Assembly (NCBI GenBank): GCA_030668825.1
Contig: DAOVET010000001.1
Coordinates: 1-64,000, forward strand
From: Candidatus Heimdallarchaeota archaeon
GTDB taxonomy: Archaea; Asgardarchaeota; Heimdallarchaeia; Heimdallarchaeales; Heimdallarchaeaceae
DNA: 64,000 bases
Direction of reading: 5' to 3'
This document shows, one piece after another, positions 1-10,158 of the stretch. Within the stretch, counting starts at the first letter, position 1. Each line of letters starts with the position of its first letter. A model generated the notes under the pieces. That model saw only the letters and a program-made list of their open reading frames with translations, did no database searches and had not been told where the DNA came from. Position numbers and translations under genes: made by a program.

Positions 1-90
1 TCAGGCGAAAAAATATTGGAGATTTTGAGAAAAGATCCTGAATATTCTTCATTTTTCTTTGTGACCCCCACAATAGAAAATGAGGATTAG
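1..90 (+). CDS. 3' end of an unknown CDS entering the window
   Basis: Frame 1 is open (SGEKILEILRKDPEYSSFFFVTPTIENED) up to TAG at 88-90, followed by T-runs; convergent with lysS. Confidence 0.45.
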   Translation, partial: SGEKILEILRKDPEYSSFFFVTPTIENED

Positions 91-125
91 GACGAAAAAT
101 CAAAACTCTCTTCTTTTTTCTTTTA

Positions 126-1760
126 TTAGAAGCACTTCAAACTAATTTTTAATAACTCCTGGACTTCATTTTTACCTATAACATCGATGAGTGTTCCAGC
201 TCTAGGACCAGATTTTTGAGCTAATACAACTGAATAAAGCGATTTGAAGAAATCTCCTGGTCTAATTTCTTTTTCCTTTGCAAACTCGTATAGAAATTGA
301 GTAATTGAATCTCCTTGATATTTTACTGGTAGGTGTGCTAGTGCATTCCTTAATTCTTTGAGAATTTCCATATCTAAGGTTTTCACAATTTCACATTTTG
401 GACTTTCAACTACACTGAATTTGAAGTTTTCACTAGCATAATTTTCTATCCAAAATTTTGCTCTTTGGATTCTATTTTTTAACAGCTGCAAATCTCTATT
501 ACTAATATTGAAAGGAATTATCTCTTTGGCTTTAAGGGTTTCAATAACCCGTTCTTCATCAAACAAATAAACTTGTAAGAATGTAACAAGCTGTCCATAA
601 TCCATCCTGATTGGCTTTTCTTCAAAAGGATCTGCCATAAGAGCAAGTTCGTAAGCTTTGACAGTTTTTTCCTTGGTTTTTTTATGTTCGATGTCCCTTT
701 CTTGATAGTACAGTTCTTCCGCAACATCAAAGTCTGAAGCTACTCCCGGCACATCCATCTCAACTTTAAAATCAGTGTCTGTTCTCAGATTAGTTCTATA
801 TATTTTGTAAAGAAATACCGATGGATCTAATATGCTCGGAAATTTTGATACAGGCAAACCACTGCCTGTGCTCCCACTTAATTTCTTACCACCAAAGGTT
901 AGAAAACCATGAGTAATTAACATAGGTAATTTGCTTTTTCCAAATATTCTCTCGTGGATTGCTAAAGATGAATCTATAGACCCCCCTGATACACCATGAT
1001 CTTTACCTGAAGATTCAACAGTAACTCCTAAGAAATCTTGTCTTGCAGCCCAATCGAGTCGCCATTTAATTTTCCAGATTGTATCTCCTAAAATTAAGGA
1101 GGACTTCTGTCCACATCCTCGTTTTTCTTTCTGGCAAAAGATTTCTACCTTGATTTTATCATCTATAAATTTATAATCAATTAGTTTTGGAGCAGATAGA
1201 TTATTACATTCAGGACATTGTATTAGAAAGAAATCTTCCATTTTTGAACCCGTTATTTCCTCTGTTAATTCGTACATTTCTTCCTTTTTCTCAAGAAACA
1301 ATTTTGCATATTTATCATATTTTCCTTCTTTATATAGTTTCGATGTAAGAATTGGATCAGGATTGACATCAAAATCATTCATTATAGCTAAAGCATCAGC
1401 GATGAAATGCTCTGCGTATGAATCATGACAACCTAAAGGATCTGGTACTTCACAGATTACATGTCCTAGGTAGGGCTTCAATAACTTAGCATACTCTTTG
1501 AAAAATGAAGGTATTTTTTCAAAAGGATCCACATCATCTATATTGAGTAAATAATATGAATCTGCCCCTAAGCTGATTAATTCTCTATGAATAGCTCTGC
1601 AAGTAACTGCTTCTTTGAAGTTTCCAATATGATAAAAACCTGATGGAGCCCAACCAGTAGCTACAACTTGTTTTTTTCCAAAAATCTCTATAACCTCATT
1701 GCTAATTACAGTCGCCCAGTGTTCATATGATCTTTCTTCTGCTTCTTCTTGATGTGTCAT
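126..1760 (-). CDS. lysS: Class I lysyl-tRNA synthetase
   Basis: PSGFYHIGN (HIGH motif), KKLSGS (KMSKS-like), WRLDWAAR, GKDH, Zn-binding CPEC, C-terminal SGPRAG anticodon-binding region. Confidence 0.95.
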   Translation of the reverse strand: MTHQEEAEERSYEHWATVISNEVIEIFGKKQVVATGWAPSGFYHIGNFKEAVTCRAIHRELISLGADSYYLLNIDDVDPFEKIPSFFKEYAKLLKPYLGHVICEVPDPLGCHDSYAEHFIADALAIMNDFDVNPDPILTSKLYKEGKYDKYAKLFLEKKEEMYELTEEITGSKMEDFFLIQCPECNNLSAPKLIDYKFIDDKIKVEIFCQKEKRGCGQKSSLILGDTIWKIKWRLDWAARQDFLGVTVESSGKDHGVSGGSIDSSLAIHERIFGKSKLPMLITHGFLTFGGKKLSGSTGSGLPVSKFPSILDPSVFLYKIYRTNLRTDTDFKVEMDVPGVASDFDVAEELYYQERDIEHKKTKEKTVKAYELALMADPFEEKPIRMDYGQLVTFLQVYLFDEERVIETLKAKEIIPFNISNRDLQLLKNRIQRAKFWIENYASENFKFSVVESPKCEIVKTLDMEILKELRNALAHLPVKYQGDSITQFLYEFAKEKEIRPGDFFKSLYSVVLAQKSGPRAGTLIDVIGKNEVQELLKISLKCF

Positions 1761-1815
1761 GGTTAAAACAACATCCCATTACTTAACTTAAAAATTATGG
1801 TTTCTGTTAGTATAT

Positions 1816-3171
1816 TTAAGTTATTTGTGAGTAAAGATCAAGAATCTTCAATTTCCATACATCATAGTTCTCTGGCGTTGCAGGATAGGTTTCGCAGTGT
1901 TTAGCGATTGCTTTGCTTGTGCTTATTGCTTTTCTCATCATCAACAAAAGTCCATATTTAGGAAAACATCTAACAGCTCTATCTAAATAATCTTTAAAGG
2001 ATTTCTTCTTCATAATACCTGCTGAAGTTAAATCTGATTGTTTAATCACTTTTCGCTTAAGTAGAAATTCTAGTTTTTCTGGGCCTATTTTTTCCAAAGC
2101 CATTGTTAGAATTCTACTCCTAGCATGATCTGCCCCAAATTCTTTCATGATTAGAAGATTATATTTCCATAAATCCTCCAGTTTAAATGAATTCTTTTCA
2201 ATTGCATTACAAGCAACTTCTCCAGCAAAGCATCCAGCCATTAATGCTGGACCATGACCTTCAGCTGTTAGTGGATCAGCATGAAAAGCAGCATCTCCTG
2301 CTACAATCAAACCATTACCGACTGCATTCCATAAAGGCGCTCTAATTGGTACTACATCTCCTCTCCCGTCTATTGTTTTGTAAGTACCTTTAGGATAATA
2401 TTTTTCTATAGCATTAAAATAAACCGATTTAACACTTTTTTTGGCATGTTTTCCTTCTTTGATAAATCCAGTTCCACAGTTCAAACGTTTCTTTCCATCA
2501 GCGAAGAACCATATATATCCCGGTTCTGGTATATCTGTTTCATACTGCAGAACTATTTTACCTTCTAAATCATGATCGTGATTTAATTCGATTATCTCTC
2601 GATAACATGGAGCAAAATCTGCTTTAGTAATCTTTTTGTTCAATTTTGGTTCATATTCTTGTGGTAAACCTGTTCTTATTACTGCCATAGTTCCACTACA
2701 ATCGATCACCATTTTAGAAAGAATTACTATACTATTATGCTCTGAATCTTTAATCAGAACTCCAGTTACTTTGTTATCTCTTATAATCGGTTGTTTTACT
2801 CTACATTGATCTTTTAAAATTACTCCTGATCTTATTACTTCTTGAAGCAACCTTTGCCCGAACTTATAACGATTAATCATATAACCTATAGCTGGAAGTG
2901 TAATATGATTCTTGGGTGAAGCTGTTCTAAGAACTAAATCTTCAATTCGAGCATTAATTTCCTCTTCCTTTGGAGGAGCAATAGAGAGTTTTTCCAAAGC
3001 TTCGTGAACTGTTTCTTTTGAAATTGCTTCGCCACATACTTTGTCTCCAATCTTCTCTCTTTTCTTCTTATCAAGAAGTAAGACATCATATCCCCTCTTT
3101 CGACAAATTAATGATGCAGCTACACCCGCAGGACCTGCTCCAACAACTATTACTTCATAAGAATCTTTCAT
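1816..3171 (-). CDS. Geranylgeranyl reductase family FAD oxidoreductase (DGGGPL reductase-like)
   Basis: VGAGPAG dinucleotide fold, KVCGEA, PGYIWFF, AGDAA..ADPLTAEG. Confidence 0.85.
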   Translation of the reverse strand: MKDSYEVIVVGAGPAGVAASLICRKRGYDVLLLDKKKREKIGDKVCGEAISKETVHEALEKLSIAPPKEEEINARIEDLVLRTASPKNHITLPAIGYMINRYKFGQRLLQEVIRSGVILKDQCRVKQPIIRDNKVTGVLIKDSEHNSIVILSKMVIDCSGTMAVIRTGLPQEYEPKLNKKITKADFAPCYREIIELNHDHDLEGKIVLQYETDIPEPGYIWFFADGKKRLNCGTGFIKEGKHAKKSVKSVYFNAIEKYYPKGTYKTIDGRGDVVPIRAPLWNAVGNGLIVAGDAAFHADPLTAEGHGPALMAGCFAGEVACNAIEKNSFKLEDLWKYNLLIMKEFGADHARSRILTMALEKIGPEKLEFLLKRKVIKQSDLTSAGIMKKKSFKDYLDRAVRCFPKYGLLLMMRKAISTSKAIAKHCETYPATPENYDVWKLKILDLYSQIT

Positions 3172-3231
3172 TGATAGACCCCAATTTTCTAAGTTGTAAA
3201 TAAACTCTATGTGATAAATAAATGAATAAAT

Positions 3232-4803
3232 CTAGAGAGATTTGACAAGCTCTCTAGAGATTGATGATTCTTTGTCTAAAACTTCTTTTTCAGTTTTATC
3301 TCCAATGAAAACTTCGAACATCCCAAAAGTTGGTGGGGTGTCTCCTGCAACTTTGATTTCAACAGATGCAAATTTTCCAATAGATGGAGGTTCAGTTATC
3401 CAAGTTATAATCTTAACTCCTGAATCATCTATTTGTTCCATTATTTGAGAATTTTCTGGATCTTTTCCTACCACTGCATGGCTAACAGGGAGTTTATCAG
3501 CCAGAGATATGATTTCATCAACATCTCCTTTAATATTTTTAACTATGTAATTAATAGTATACCCCACATCTCTTTCAGAGGATTTGATGAACTTAGCTAT
3601 CTTGAAAATTGTTTTTCCTTCTTTATCTTGAATGAGTTTCTTTCCTCTGAATAGGAATGGAAAATAATCAAGTTTATAGGATTTATCTAAGGAATGATTA
3701 GCTGGAACATTCTTATGTTTCCATCTTACTATAGTCCCCTTCAGTTTAATTTTTTCAATTACTGCATTTGGAGGAAGTGCTTCAGGATTTGTTTTTAAGA
3801 CGTCAAATTCTGGGGGAATCTCATCTATAATATGTAATTCCTGTAGCTGACGGTTATGAATGTTAAGATATTTAATACTGGAAGAAAATTCTAAACCTGA
3901 TAGAGAAATATTTTCAAATGAATTTAGAACTGCAATTACTTCATTCTGAATTATCTCTAATATTGTTCGATTTATTCTCTTAGATAAGTTGTATTTGATT
4001 TCAACTTCTTGATCTGGCTGAATTTCTGGAATCTCCCAAGTAATTTCCAAAACCTTTTCTTCTTTCTCTTTAGATGGTTCGCTTTCTAGGTTGGCAATTT
4101 CCATATTATCTACAGCAAAACAATAAGGTATCTCATCTATGATTTTAATTTCTGTGATTGTTTCTTTGTGATTATTTTTCAGACTTGAAATCAGAGTTAC
4201 ATCCTTGAGAGTTTCTCCTGCCCCTAATGAGTTTTCTTTTTCAGTGGTTTCAATTTCACCGCTTGCTAATCTATACTGAATTCGACTTTTTACTATATTT
4301 GGTATTTGATATTTATTATCTTCTATTAACTTCTGAAGAAGTTCATCTCTGAAGTAATCATCTTCTGGAAGTTTTTTAATTGTAATTTCATGCCCAATTA
4401 TTTTACTGTCTTCTACAGTATCAAAAGCTTTTTCGAAATTTTCAGTACTCACTTCTTTAGTTTCTGTAATTAGGTCTTCTAAATCTTCAGAAAATAGCTC
4501 ATCTGATCTTAAAAGCCGTAGAAGTAAATTGTAATCACCAATAATGCCTGTTTCTGATAAATATTCTTCGATCCATCGAGCTACTCTTGTTTCATGAGGT
4601 GCTAAAATTGTTGACCAGAATTCATTTACAGTATTTACTATCTCTTGAAGATTCCTACATTCTTTTTCATTTATCAAACCATGAGTATCATAGAACGAGA
4701 CTATACCACTCATAGAGGTACCAAAAACATTTGTATAAGGCTCAATTTTAATAAAGTACCTAATTGACCCCCAGACTGATTTTTGTTCAGCCATTTTAGT
4801 CAA
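3232..4803 (-). CDS. Hypothetical protein with three DUF11/Ig-like beta-sandwich repeats
   Basis: Recurring IIDEIP / IIDEIP / LADKLP motifs, each followed by ITW/VRW/ITW; no signal peptide. Confidence 0.55.
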   Translation of the reverse strand: MTKMAEQKSVWGSIRYFIKIEPYTNVFGTSMSGIVSFYDTHGLINEKECRNLQEIVNTVNEFWSTILAPHETRVARWIEEYLSETGIIGDYNLLLRLLRSDELFSEDLEDLITETKEVSTENFEKAFDTVEDSKIIGHEITIKKLPEDDYFRDELLQKLIEDNKYQIPNIVKSRIQYRLASGEIETTEKENSLGAGETLKDVTLISSLKNNHKETITEIKIIDEIPYCFAVDNMEIANLESEPSKEKEEKVLEITWEIPEIQPDQEVEIKYNLSKRINRTILEIIQNEVIAVLNSFENISLSGLEFSSSIKYLNIHNRQLQELHIIDEIPPEFDVLKTNPEALPPNAVIEKIKLKGTIVRWKHKNVPANHSLDKSYKLDYFPFLFRGKKLIQDKEGKTIFKIAKFIKSSERDVGYTINYIVKNIKGDVDEIISLADKLPVSHAVVGKDPENSQIMEQIDDSGVKIITWITEPPSIGKFASVEIKVAGDTPPTFGMFEVFIGDKTEKEVLDKESSISRELVKSL

Positions 4804-5401
4804 CCCTCACTGTTTCTTGGATGGAAATGACTTCATATTCAACAAGCTTTTCAGTAGAAATTTCGAGCTCCTCAGTTGTTCCACTCTTGTGATTTAATAT
4901 TGTTACAGAGAAAGATCCTTCAGGCAAATAATTATGTACATATCTCCTTACTAGTGAAACATTTTCAAACATTGTACTAGGGCTAGCTGGTGTTTGATCT
5001 AAGTCCCCAAAAATGTCCATTTTGCGAATACTTATGATCTCTCTATTGCTTTTTTTCTCACTCCTTCTTTCAAATATTGTTCTAACAGTATCTAGATGGA
5101 AACCTGAAAGTTCCTTACTTATTGACTCTTTAAAAACTTCTTCTGCTTTCTGAAGATCATCCAACAAAAGATACCTACTTATTAGCTTACTATATGCATA
5201 AGATTGATTATCTTGATCGTCAAGATTTTCCATAGTTTCTGCAACGAAGCTCCATAAGATAACAGATTCAATAAACTGGTCATTTTCTTCTAGCTTTTTT
5301 ATTCCTCTTTCAATGAATTTTAAAAAATCATCGGGTGATTTGTTAGCTAGTAGGTCTTTTCCTTCTCTAATCATTTTTTGTACATCATTATCTGCACTCA
5401 A
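4796..5401 (-). CDS. Hypothetical protein with a helical (TPR-like) N-terminus
   Basis: 201-aa ORF overlapping the 523-aa ORF by 8 nt, so probably co-transcribed. Confidence 0.55.
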   Translation of the reverse strand: MSADNDVQKMIREGKDLLANKSPDDFLKFIERGIKKLEENDQFIESVILWSFVAETMENLDDQDNQSYAYSKLISRYLLLDDLQKAEEVFKESISKELSGFHLDTVRTIFERRSEKKSNREIISIRKMDIFGDLDQTPASPSTMFENVSLVRRYVHNYLPEGSFSVTILNHKSGTTEELEISTEKLVEYEVISIQETVRVD

Positions 5402-5595
5402 TATAGACCACTTTCCAGTTAAACAATTTACAATTGTATATTTTGAGAACTTCTTATTTAAACTCTATCCTAGTATTCATTTAAATTTCATACAAAAATT
5501 ATATTGAAAAAAGGAATATATTCTATCTCTCTAAAAACACATAACAAAAAAGACTGATTCGATAAAGTTAAAAGAATACTCTTTTTTTTGTAGTT

Positions 5596-6618
5596 ATGGC
5601 TGAACTTGAAAGCAAAAATTTTTGTGCATTCCATTTCAACAATGATTCTGATGGGGAATGTTCAAACTGTGGATTAGCTATTTGCAATCTTGACCAACAA
5701 TATGACTTACAAGCTAACAGACAATGTCAAATATGTTTTAACTTAACGAGAGCTAAGAAGATTGCAAGATATATTCAATTTGGTTTGTGGGGTGCAATCA
5801 TTTCGCTTGTTGTAATGTTATGGTTATTATTAAGAGCCAGCGGAAACACCTTTTATGCTTTCCTACCTGTTCTTTTACTATTAGTTGTTCCATATCTTCT
5901 TCGTCCCGTTCTGATGAAATTGTATTTCAGAGATATAGCGCCCATTGAGTCTATATTGCCTATCCTTCGTTATTTTGAAGGTACTGGAAATATGGATCAT
6001 TACAAACTTTTCTTGAGATTTTTAGGTAAATTAACTAAAGAAGATATTAAAAAAATCCATAAACCATTATACGATTATCTAATTCCTGCTCTAGCGTTTA
6101 ATTATTCTAAGTTACCTGAAGGTTGGGAAGAAGATTTGACTAACCATCTTCAAATTTCTAAGGAAAGATTTATCGAACTCATGGTAAAGGATTATCGCAC
6201 CATCTTGATTCAGACTTCCGTTCATAGTGCTCAGTCTAATATGGCTCTCTTCATTTTCTACTTGAGTGAAACAGCTTCTGATAAAGACCTCATTAAAGAA
6301 TACATCATTGAAATTACATCTAAAGATGTTTTGAAGTTAAATGAAGAAGAAGTAAATATCATCTATAAACATCTTTTAGAAGATTTGTATCTCTATGAAG
6401 ATCGATTTCTTGAACTCTGTGATGAATTGGGACTTAAAAAACAAAAAGATTTACTTATTCAACTTATAGAAAGATTTGATCCCCCTCCCGTACCAAAGAA
6501 TCAGATTGAAGCTGTTATGTCTCCAGACCAACTTAGGGAGAAAAGAAGGAAAGAAAAGGAATTAGCTGAAAATCCCCCCATTCCAGTAATTGAGCAAAAA
6601 ACCGATGAAACTCAGTAA
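5596..6618 (+). CDS. B-box-like zinc finger, two TM helices and a helical domain
   Basis: N-terminal CAFH-x7-CSNC-x3-ICxxD...CQIC; two hydrophobic segments at about aa 60-105. Confidence 0.6.
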   Translation: MAELESKNFCAFHFNNDSDGECSNCGLAICNLDQQYDLQANRQCQICFNLTRAKKIARYIQFGLWGAIISLVVMLWLLLRASGNTFYAFLPVLLLLVVPYLLRPVLMKLYFRDIAPIESILPILRYFEGTGNMDHYKLFLRFLGKLTKEDIKKIHKPLYDYLIPALAFNYSKLPEGWEEDLTNHLQISKERFIELMVKDYRTILIQTSVHSAQSNMALFIFYLSETASDKDLIKEYIIEITSKDVLKLNEEEVNIIYKHLLEDLYLYEDRFLELCDELGLKKQKDLLIQLIERFDPPPVPKNQIEAVMSPDQLREKRRKEKELAENPPIPVIEQKTDETQ

Positions 6619-6682
6619 AATCTCTTTTTTTCTATTTTGTAACTATTCGTAATCCATATATTAGCTAGTGTTATATCTCTAC

Positions 6683-6763
6683 TTGAGAATAGCGAATATG
6701 ATGAGGAATTACAACCGATGATTCCATGACTTTCCTAGCTCACTCTGATGACGTTATTCTCAA
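6683..6763 (+). ncRNA. Box C/D methylation-guide sRNA
   Basis: Intergenic. Box C ATGATGA 6698-6704, D' CCGA 6715-6718, degenerate C' (CCATGA), box D CTGA 6745-6748. Closed by a 12-bp terminal stem TTGAGAATAGCG (6683-6694) / CGTTATTCTCAA (6752-6763) with one G-U pair. The D guide is complementary to the conserved LSU rRNA sequence GUGAGCUGGG. Confidence 0.8.
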
Positions 6764-6804
6764 TAATTTGTTATCTTGAATAACTATGGCAAAGTCTTAA
6801 TAGG

Positions 6805-8481
6805 TTGGTTTCTATTTTTCTAATTATCACTTATAAAGGACCTCTGATGACAATAACTGGACGAAGCAAGAAAACAATAACATTTGCTTGGCAATTTGCA
6901 GGTATTTTTCTTTATCTTTTTACGATTGCTGTAGCTTTAATAGGTCTAGTATATTTGGTCTGGTCTTTTGTATTGATGATTCAAAGATTCTATGAGGTAC
7001 CGTTCCAGAATATAATGATATTAGAGTTTATTTTGAATCTAATAACCTTACTAATAGAATTTCTAGGTGTATTCTATACTGTTATGTTATTGAACCACAT
7101 GGCTTCTACCTGTATGAATCCTCCAAGTCTAGCCAAAAAGGAAATCATCATAGAAAAATATCCAACAGTTAGTATACTCATCCCTATTAGGCATCCTGAG
7201 TATGAAATTCTTAAGGAAACTTTAGTTTCCATTTCAGAGATTGACTATCCTAAAGAAAAACTTACTGTGTTCTTGGGTGATGATACTGAAAAAGAGCATG
7301 AAAGTTATCTAAAAACAGTTGAACTAGCTCACCATTATAACGTTCAACACATACATGATCCATCAAATATTCATTTCAAAGCTGGAATGTTAAACGTTGT
7401 CTTAAAACATGTAACATCAGAATTTGTTATACTATTAGATTATGACCATAAGATAAAACCAAAGATTATCACCAAATTTGTTAAATTACTTATGAATAAT
7501 TCACAACTAGCTTTCGTACAATCCAAAGTAAATTTCAGACTTGTTAAAACAAAACTGCAAGTATGGGAATCTGTAATGTATGCCCAATTTTATGAAGTAT
7601 TTCAACGATCAAAAACAAAGCATTTTACAGTTTTAACTAATGGTTCTACAGCTTGTTATCGCAAGGCATGTGTCGATGAAATTGGTGGGATACCTTATGA
7701 TACATTCACTGAAGATGTAGATATATCAGTAGAGCTTCTTGCAAAAGGATACAAAACAGAATTAGTTGATGAATATGGTAGTTTTGGTTTGATTCCAGCA
7801 AATTTCTCACTTTTCTTATCACAGATATTAAGATGGGCAAAAGGGAGCATGCAAGTTCTAAGACTAAGATGGAAGAAAATATTGTCAGCTAAAATGCCTT
7901 TCATTCATAGGATAGATTTACTGTTTAGTGCTTCACTGTTTTTTATTGCTTCTTCAGTATACCTAAATCTAGTTTTCTACGTTATTATGTATTTTACAAA
8001 GAGTACTGTAGTTCGATTACCAATGAGTGTTTTTCCACCATTATTAATCATGCCAATAGCATTTGCCGTTTCCTATCAACTTTCTGGAATAATAGCTGTT
8101 CTTTACGCTAGAAGGAGTGGAATTACAAATCTAAAATTGTTTGATCTTGTCTATTTCTTAATTCTCGCTCTCGTACTTAATCCATTTACTGTTTACGCTG
8201 TTTTCAAGTCCATGTTCAAGCGAAAAATCCCATCAAGAGATAGGGACGAATGGAATGAAAAAGTGCCTTATATTATACTTTCTTTTATCATTTCCATCTT
8301 GGGTGGTGGTCTCATTACTATCTCAGTACTTGATATTTTAAACAATGGGTTTACTGGCTCCTTTTGGCTAATTTTAGGTCTCATGGGTTTAACCATGCTT
8401 GCAACTTTTCCAGTGTGTATTTTCTTCCATTTCTCAACAAAACACAACAAACCTTATTTTGTTAAAGAGTTTAACACATAA
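6805..8481 (+). CDS. Processive GT2 glycosyltransferase (cellulose synthase-like)
   Basis: GDD, HFKAG, DYD, TED and QILRW motifs with N- and C-terminal TM helices; the real start may be ATG 6847. Confidence 0.88.
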   Translation: MVSIFLIITYKGPLMTITGRSKKTITFAWQFAGIFLYLFTIAVALIGLVYLVWSFVLMIQRFYEVPFQNIMILEFILNLITLLIEFLGVFYTVMLLNHMASTCMNPPSLAKKEIIIEKYPTVSILIPIRHPEYEILKETLVSISEIDYPKEKLTVFLGDDTEKEHESYLKTVELAHHYNVQHIHDPSNIHFKAGMLNVVLKHVTSEFVILLDYDHKIKPKIITKFVKLLMNNSQLAFVQSKVNFRLVKTKLQVWESVMYAQFYEVFQRSKTKHFTVLTNGSTACYRKACVDEIGGIPYDTFTEDVDISVELLAKGYKTELVDEYGSFGLIPANFSLFLSQILRWAKGSMQVLRLRWKKILSAKMPFIHRIDLLFSASLFFIASSVYLNLVFYVIMYFTKSTVVRLPMSVFPPLLIMPIAFAVSYQLSGIIAVLYARRSGITNLKLFDLVYFLILALVLNPFTVYAVFKSMFKRKIPSRDRDEWNEKVPYIILSFIISILGGGLITISVLDILNNGFTGSFWLILGLMGLTMLATFPVCIFFHFSTKHNKPYFVKEFNT

Positions 8482-8498
8482 CATTAAGGGGAAACAGA

Positions 8499-10154
8499 AT
8501 GTATTGGAAAAAGATTCTATGGTATGTTTTAGCCTGTTCTCTTTTTGCTTTCCTTATATTCTATGTTATTTACAGTAGTATCGAAATTATTCGGGTATAT
8601 AGGACTATGCTACCAGGTGGGTCAGCTATAGTTGGTTTAATTCTAAATTTTTTCATTCTATTATTAGAATTATTTTCAGCATTTTTCTCAGTTTTCATTT
8701 ATTATTACATCGGTTCATCATCAAATTATACTTTACTAAGGGATAATAATAACAAATTTCTAAAGAGCGATTCTCTTCCTAAAGTAGCTGTAATACTTCC
8801 TCTGTATAGAGAACCATTTGCAGTTGTTTCCCAAACATTGGAGGGAGTAATGAATCTTGATTATCCTAAAGAGAAATATGAGATAGTTGTTTGCGACGAT
8901 AGTCCTGCTGAACATTCATCTGAGATAGAATCTTTTTGTAAAATTAATAGTATCACATTCATACGTAGAAAAAATCGTTCAGGATTTAAAGCTGGAGCAA
9001 TTAACAACGCTTTGAAACAAATAGAATGTGATTTTATAGGAATCTTGGATGCTGATCATATTCCAACTCCCAATTTCATCAGAACATGTCTCTCTGGATT
9101 TACTGAAGATGATATTGTTCTTGTTCAAGGAAAACCAATGTTTGTGAATCAAGATGATTACCTGATGAGAAGTAGTGCCTTTATCCAATCTCAATTTTAT
9201 CACATTTATCAAAAAAGTAGAGGTACTAGAAATGGTGTTATATTTGCTGGAACTACAGGATTGTTGAGAGTTGATTTACTAAAAGAATTCGGAGGTTTCT
9301 TGGAAGATACATTAGCTGAAGATACAGATACTTCTTTTATGTTAATGTCCAATGGATACAAGACCCGATATCTTCATGAGATCTGTTCCAAAGGTTTGGT
9401 TCCTTGGAATCCAATCAGTATGGTGAATCAAGTGTGGAGGTGGACAAATGGGATTACTTCGATTTTTCGTAAGAGATTTTGGAAGATAGTAAAAGGACAA
9501 AATAAGACTATAAATAAAATAGATATTCTTTCAACAATCACAACCCCAATAATTGGGACAGTTATGATTTTTGTATACATCTTACTGTTTGTTATGTATA
9601 TGATCAAAGAATTCACTGGGTTAGCTGAATTTGCATTCATAAGACCAGATTTAGGCGTTTTTCCCCTTCTATTGGTTGCCCCCATTTTGATTTCCCTTGC
9701 TAGTTTAATTATGGCTTTTGTTACATGGCGTAGAGAAGAAAAAGAAGATAGAATGATTCGTCTAAGAGGTATCTTTGGTATGGCATGGACAATTACTGCC
9801 TTTTACCTTTTAATGATGACTGCACAATATTTTCTAGTTTGGGCAGTTATTAGTGCTCTTTTAGGCGTTAAGAAAGAATTTGATAGAACGATAAAGGTGA
9901 AAACTAAAACCATAGGAAAAATGAGTCAGAAAGTAAAATATACTCTTTGGTCAACTGGATTACTTCTAGTTGCAGGCGCATTTTACTTTGCTAGTTATAG
10001 AACTATTATAGCTCATGATGCTCTATTTGGTTGGTTTATCATCGCTGCTGTCACTGCAACAATTCCAATGATAATTACAATCCGTCATTTCAGCAAATTA
10101 GATTTTACCAAAGATAAAACAGCAGCAGATGTAGAAAGAGAATACGGAGATTAA
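8499..10154 (+). CDS. Processive GT2 glycosyltransferase (cellulose synthase-like), paralogue
   Basis: CDDS, GFKAG, DADH, AED and QVWRW motifs; multiple TM helices. Confidence 0.88.
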   Translation: MYWKKILWYVLACSLFAFLIFYVIYSSIEIIRVYRTMLPGGSAIVGLILNFFILLLELFSAFFSVFIYYYIGSSSNYTLLRDNNNKFLKSDSLPKVAVILPLYREPFAVVSQTLEGVMNLDYPKEKYEIVVCDDSPAEHSSEIESFCKINSITFIRRKNRSGFKAGAINNALKQIECDFIGILDADHIPTPNFIRTCLSGFTEDDIVLVQGKPMFVNQDDYLMRSSAFIQSQFYHIYQKSRGTRNGVIFAGTTGLLRVDLLKEFGGFLEDTLAEDTDTSFMLMSNGYKTRYLHEICSKGLVPWNPISMVNQVWRWTNGITSIFRKRFWKIVKGQNKTINKIDILSTITTPIIGTVMIFVYILLFVMYMIKEFTGLAEFAFIRPDLGVFPLLLVAPILISLASLIMAFVTWRREEKEDRMIRLRGIFGMAWTITAFYLLMMTAQYFLVWAVISALLGVKKEFDRTIKVKTKTIGKMSQKVKYTLWSTGLLLVAGAFYFASYRTIIAHDALFGWFIIAAVTATIPMIITIRHFSKLDFTKDKTAADVEREYGD

Positions 10155-10158
10155 GATT

